This document shows, in pieces, positions 7,101-10,387 of a stretch of DNA of 10,387 nt (its first letter is position 1; each line of letters opens with the position of its first letter). The stretch is taken from positions 1-10,387 of the forward strand of contig JBHPIO010000016.1 of the NCBI GenBank assembly GCA_042568575.1. Reading direction: 5' to 3'. A program made the translations under genes and the position numbers. Below the pieces are notes generated by a model that was not told where the DNA came from, ran no database searches, and saw nothing but the letters and a program-made list of their open reading frames with translations. This DNA is from Patescibacteria group bacterium (GTDB taxonomy: Bacteria; Patescibacteriota; Gracilibacteria; UBA1369; PNNO01).

Positions 7101-10100
7101 CCATCTACATAAAGAATACCATTTGGACTATCATATGTATAAACCATATGATGCCAGTTTCCGTCATTGTAATTTGTTGAATCATCAACAGCTGCTACTC
7201 TAGTTCCATTATTACATTCAGCCCAGGCACGTAATGAGCCATCTCCATCAGGAGCAAGTGCATGACTATTGGCATCACCGTTTGCGGAGATTTCTAAAAT
7301 TCTTGGAGAGCCTGTCCCTGCACCGTCATATTTAAACCATGAAGAAAGTGTTAATTCATCTGAGAAATTGTAGGTATATGCGCTGCTTTCAACAGCATCT
7401 CCATCGCCCCCAAAATATAGTGAATTACTAAATTTCCCGTTTGCGCTTGTTGCATCGTTATTTGTAGCATTGTTGCCATTTCCAGAGCTATCACTAATGC
7501 TTCCAGAAGTTTCATTCAGATGCATAAGTAATAGATTGTTTGTCATATCAATATTTCCCAGAGTGTAAGCTATTTCGGTTTGCTGATTATCCGGAAGTTC
7601 TTTGCCATAAGGCCTTAACGGAGTCCAACTAAAGGTTTGCCAGTCTACGTCAGATCCGGCATTTTTGACTGATGACGAATACAGCCCTGATGTTTGGCCA
7701 GTCTCGAGTTCAACGTGATCAGTATCATAAGTTGTTTGAGTATATATTCCTGTATCAAATTTTGCCTCATCGTCATCTACAAAGTTTGATCCAGCTGTGA
7801 TTAGTTCTGCTTTGCTTCCTGAAACATCTATGTAAGAACTGTTATATGTATAATTTCCCGAATTATCAAATGTCCAGTCATTTGCGCAGTTTACGGTATT
7901 TGCGTCTCCTTGATAATCTATGCGGATATTATTCAATCTAGGTGTCTCTGCTCCATTTCCCTCAAGGAATGCTTTAAATAAGATTCGTTTGTTAGCATAA
8001 GAAAAAGAAGATATATTCGTATTTACTACATTGTTAGTATTGTAATCGCTTCCGCCTGCAATAGACCAAGCAGCTCCATCCCAATATTGCCACGTAGCTC
8101 CATTATCGTCGGAGAGTTGATAGTAGATTTCTGTACCTGCGGGTTTTGTTGAATCCTCAATAAAACTAGACCACCCATTAACTATTGATGGGTTTAAGGA
8201 AGAAATGGGTTGTATTGAAGGAATGTCGGTAGGATAAGCGCTATAATCGATTGTTACTGACGAGACATCCGGTGAAAAGTTGACATTTGTGTTTGATAAG
8301 TAAGCCTTATATTGAAAATATCTGTTGTTTGAAACATTCAAAGATTCTCCGGCGGGATTAGTGAAGTAAGTGGTTCCAGTGCCATCTGGTCCAACAAAAG
8401 ATTCACCCAAGCAGGCCGGATCATCACATGACTGTGTTTGAAACCGAAGATTAGTTGGGACTTGACCTTCCTCGCTGCCATATGTCGAGCTAGGTTCCGG
8501 ACTAGTCCATTTCCTAACACGTGCGTTATCATAACGATGTGTACCGGAGTAAAATGACCATGCTGGCTTCAAATCACTTTCTGTCGAATAAGTTGAAGTG
8601 TAATTGGTTGTCCATGTATCACCATTGTCGATACTTTGTTCATAGTAAGCACCTCCAGAAGCTCTCATTCGTACTCTGATATCATAATCAGTATTTACAG
8701 TCCATGATCCGGTTTCACCCGATCTACTATTTCCATCTTCATAAACTGATACTCCTACAGTAGAACTTGCGCCACTACCAGGATTATAATATGCATAAAC
8801 CAAATTTGAATAAGACGGAGCAGTACCGCTATCATGCCATCCATACATAAGGGCGTCATAGTCCGGATTATTTACAGTCCATTCATAATCAACTTCAAAA
8901 CTTAAGTCTTCTCTACTAAATGTATTTTGAGCAATAATCGCTTTATCCCAGTTTCCATTTGTAGTTCTAGTGAAACCAAGTTCTCCACCTGTTTCAATTA
9001 TTTCATCATCTGGGATATCAACTTCTAGCCATTTGGTTGCGTCAATAGAGTCATCATCAAAATCATCGAATAATAAAAATGTGTCTTCTCCATTACTAGT
9101 ATTCGTAGCACTTGGATTTCCATAATACATATAGATTTCGGTTGTTCCGGAAGCGGGGATTAAAGGAACTTCAACCCAAACTGTTGCGTCGGTTGATGCT
9201 GTATAATCTTGTAACCAAAAATCAATTTCCGTTGTCCCGTTAGAAGTCGTGAATCTCAAATCCGAAAAATCCGAATTCATATTTGCGTCATATGTAACGT
9301 CCAGTTTAACCTGGTAATCGGTTAATGTAGTTGCATTGCCAGAATTGTTGACTGTAATCTTTTTCCTATTTGACCAATTGGTATTTAACCAGTCTGTAAG
9401 AATTTTTAAGTCCTCGCTCCAATAAATTTGGGTCCAAGCTGCATTTTGTCCTGCGTCAAAAATTGTAGAAGTGAAATTCCCTGAAGTTTTATAACCTGTT
9501 TGAGCATGTTGCGAGATTGTGCTGGCATCCAGGGCACTGTCCCATATTGAAAGTTCATCAATAGTTCCTTGAAAGTAACCTGAATTTGTATATCTTGTTC
9601 CAATATGAACATCTGCTCCAAGATTAGGGTTAAAAGCAGAACCAGTGTCTATAAGATTTCCATCAAGATAGATTTTTGTTTCTGTTGTATCTGCAGTAAG
9701 CGCAACATGATACCATGTATCATTTGAAAGCATTGAAGATGGGATCTCTACTAACCCATTAAAACAAATATTACCATTCGTATCTGTACAATTTGCTCCT
9801 GTTGCATAATCTTGTAAAAACCACCAGTTACCATTATTTCGTCCATCTAAAAGATAATCAGCACCTGCATTGATATTTGGTTTTTTAAACCAAAGCTCTA
9901 TGGTCATGGCGCTTGGGTCGCCTAAATCAGCTGGGATTTCGAGGTAGTCATCAAGTCCATCTAAAGCGATTGCATTTTCAATTTTTCCAGAGACACCTTG
10001 AGTAGCGCCATAAAGATTTGCATTATTTCCATTTCCGGAACTATCAATCACTGCTCCACTAGTACCATCCAGATAGTACATAACCAAAGTGTTGGCTGTA

Positions 10101-10378
10101 GGAGAGGTTCTGTTGATGTCTAATTCCACATGATCCGTTTTAAAACTCGTATTGTTGTATGTGCCTAAATCAAATTCAGCTTGAGTATTATCATTAATTT
10201 GTATCTCGGGATCATTTAAAATTGCTTCTCCTCCAATAACCTCGATTTTTGCTGTGTCATATGCGTAATTTCCTGGATTATTAAAGATCCAATTGTTGGT
10301 TTCAATAGCGCCTAAACTTGTCCACATAAAACTAACAACTAGTAAGATTGCTATATAAATAATGGAAGTAAAACGCAC
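4139..10378 (-). CDS. Giant secreted cell-surface protein: LamG-like x3, DUF2341-like, Ig-like/FN3, Ser/Gly linker, SLH x3
   Basis: N-terminal signal peptide (MRFTSIIYIAILLVVSFMWTSLGA). Three LamG-like domains carry DSSGN/WxH(V/M/I)/FxGxxDE motifs. Also DUF2341-like DFSDLRFT...VWVEVP...IYMYYGNPSA, FN3-like TITGL..STSY...AVD.FGN, and SLH motifs. The start is GTG and the frame stays open to the right edge, so the true start could be slightly upstream. Confidence 0.92.
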   Translation of the reverse strand: MRFTSIIYIAILLVVSFMWTSLGAIETNNWIFNNPGNYAYDTAKIEVIGGEAILNDPEIQINDNTQAEFDLGTYNNTSFKTDHVELDINRTSPTANTLVMYYLDGTSGAVIDSSGNGNNANLYGATQGVSGKIENAIALDGLDDYLEIPADLGDPSAMTIELWFKKPNINAGADYLLDGRNNGNWWFLQDYATGANCTDTNGNICFNGLVEIPSSMLSNDTWYHVALTADTTETKIYLDGNLIDTGSAFNPNLGADVHIGTRYTNSGYFQGTIDELSIWDSALDASTISQHAQTGYKTSGNFTSTIFDAGQNAAWTQIYWSEDLKILTDWLNTNWSNRKKITVNNSGNATTLTDYQVKLDVTYDANMNSDFSDLRFTTSNGTTEIDFWLQDYTASTDATVWVEVPLIPASGTTEIYMYYGNPSATNTSNGEDTFLLFDDFDDDSIDATKWLEVDIPDDEIIETGGELGFTRTTNGNWDKAIIAQNTFSREDLSFEVDYEWTVNNPDYDALMYGWHDSGTAPSYSNLVYAYYNPGSGASSTVGVSVYEDGNSRSGETGSWTVNTDYDIRVRMRASGGAYYEQSIDNGDTWTTNYTSTYSTESDLKPAWSFYSGTHRYDNARVRKWTSPEPSSTYGSEEGQVPTNLRFQTQSCDDPACLGESFVGPDGTGTTYFTNPAGESLNVSNNRYFQYKAYLSNTNVNFSPDVSSVTIDYSAYPTDIPSIQPISSLNPSIVNGWSSFIEDSTKPAGTEIYYQLSDDNGATWQYWDGAAWSIAGGSDYNTNNVVNTNISSFSYANKRILFKAFLEGNGAETPRLNNIRIDYQGDANTVNCANDWTFDNSGNYTYNSSYIDVSGSKAELITAGSNFVDDDEAKFDTGIYTQTTYDTDHVELETGQTSGLYSSSVKNAGSDVDWQTFSWTPLRPYGKELPDNQQTEIAYTLGNIDMTNNLLLMHLNETSGSISDSSGNGNNATNNDATSANGKFSNSLYFGGDGDAVESSAYTYNFSDELTLSSWFKYDGAGTGSPRILEISANGDANSHALAPDGDGSLRAWAECNNGTRVAAVDDSTNYNDGNWHHMVYTYDSPNGILYVDGIQTDTGSGSCTDLDDGSELILGAISDVSGTYAHSDHAFEGWVDEASVWDRTLSPTEVENHYLRGAMNLSYQVKSCDDFACIGETYVGPDGTNSTYYSEIDNTGIGLPQLTLTSLAQKRYFQYQANFSTDDVTYLPELYDVSIVTNGSNYSTDAPSIQPTASFTQTFLHSLTGFEETSTKGASAEIYYQLSNNDGTTWLWWDGSSWADIANGIVSDSNTLALWHLNGTTDAVIDSSSNANDGSNNGATRGVSGQRDNAFDFDGTDDYIDIPYVAPLGLVGTDFTIDFWINTTDTDGLLMKKYTGSIGGDAWGLRLSSGIIEFYDGSSWISSGIQADTGIWEHIAITGDDSSNDLEFFENGISSGTASFNDITANAQNLFIGSDLATSHFDGFLDEIRISDTIRSDTEIYISTKLFNTAANIAANIEAFNITGTNIMFKAFLKSDGTAQASLDNLRLLCTYSTNDSPTTTVPANITQATDGSGHITFETTVSDINSDDTRVKVEYSDDGGVSWYDAEINAVSADNGSADFNNSAAYQLGDSDLIDTSSGLVNLTITWDTQSASNGNGSLDNTDLNDIQVRITPNDFNADGTESVSGSFEVDNLDPSGLANFILSVKTVHSLSFSFTSANIENNFNHYEIWYGTNLTEVENRTGAQEWDDNDDAGLAVITANSATITGLVDSTSYRAKIWAVDDFGNEISLASISGTTSSNSSSGSSGSGGSSGSGTRSTSTSQTVQTTNQDACLTYDEFRNRTFIDLPTDHWGYEYLEFLKKIKITKESQYIISGYGSNENSNEAEVGPDNNVMRYELVKMALSANCIPIREDISSGTEDFSDISRELEETTDENVDAANYVKRVMYTALDLGIISGYGEDFSARPWNDVNRAEALKIILNAGKINVINQNLSESEFSDISIDEWFFDYVAYAFSQGLISGYADDPGYFHPADTMTRAQAAKIISLTMPLIETIEIANYEFSPLTFEETSEETISDLP
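4229..4861 (-). other. Three S-layer homology (SLH) repeats, aa ~1840-2050
   Basis: FIDLPTDHWGY...IISGY...PDNNVMRYE; FSDI...LGIISGY...PWNDVNRAE; FSDISIDEWF...GLISGY...FHPADTMTRAQ (TRAE-motif variants with the Arg conserved). Confidence 0.9.
5870..6466 (-). other. LamG/concanavalin A-like domain 3 (aa ~1305-1503)
   Basis: TLALWHLNG...DSSSN...FDGTDDYI...FTIDFWI...WEHIAIT...FDGFLDEIRISDTIR. Confidence 0.88.
6908..7549 (-). other. LamG/concanavalin A-like domain 2 (aa ~944-1157)
   Basis: LLMHLNETSG..SDSSGNGN...TLSSWFK...NDGNWHHMVYTY...LYVDG...FEGWVDEASVWDRTLS. Confidence 0.88.
8465..9394 (-). other. DUF2341-like domain plus associated beta-sandwich (aa ~329-638)
   Basis: WSNRKKITV...LTDYQV...DFSDLRFT...FW...VWVEVP...IYMYYGNPSA...FLLFDDF...RVRKWTSPEP. 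Confidence 0.8.
9497..10102 (-). other. LamG/concanavalin A-like domain 1 (aa ~93-294)
   Basis: IDSSGNGNNA...LDGLDDY...TIELWFK...WYHVALT...IYLDG...FQGTIDELSIWDSAL. Confidence 0.88.
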
Positions 10379-10387
10379 ATGTAAATT

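Noticed and set aside
5567-8638. Asp-box-like motifs (SIDNGDTW, SDDNGATW, SNNDGTTW, SDDGGVSW) suggesting a sialidase propeller
   Set aside because: The four motifs are hundreds of residues apart in different beta-sandwich contexts, not regularly spaced propeller blades.
4873-9621. Short ORFs within the giant gene (4873, 5939, 8338, 9406)
   Set aside because: Alternative-frame by-products with no independent signals.
4139-10378. Diversity-generating retroelement target or recombinational shufflon
   Set aside because: No reverse transcriptase, recombinase or near-identical DNA repeat pair was seen. The duplication is evident mainly at protein level.

Overview
AT-rich bacterial window with every supported gene on the minus strand. 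In transcription order: (1) a 2079-aa secreted surface protein with three LamG-like domains, a DUF2341-like domain, Ig/FN3 domains and three C-terminal SLH repeats; (2) a small cupin resembling the type II mannose-6-phosphate isomerase cupin domain; (3) a fused SecDF; (4) tRNA-Arg(UCG) with its own sigma70-type promoter; (5) the 5' part of a hypothetical gene running off the left edge. The standout is SecDF. Its extracytoplasmic P1 region holds a ~250-aa insertion with an intact-looking parvulin PPIase nested in a degenerate, apparently permuted second parvulin, and it has two extra transmembrane helices. It looks like a single-chain translocation motor plus foldase. The surface protein is a duplicated scaffold with lectin-like domains at different slots in each copy. 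Long uninterrupted Gly-rich ORFs argue for standard code 11. The sequence style (SLH giant protein, no Shine-Dalgarno motifs, SecF 'SVHDT') suggests a CPR/Patescibacteria genome, possibly Peregrinibacteria; this is inference only. Domain calls come from motif recognition by eye, not database searches.
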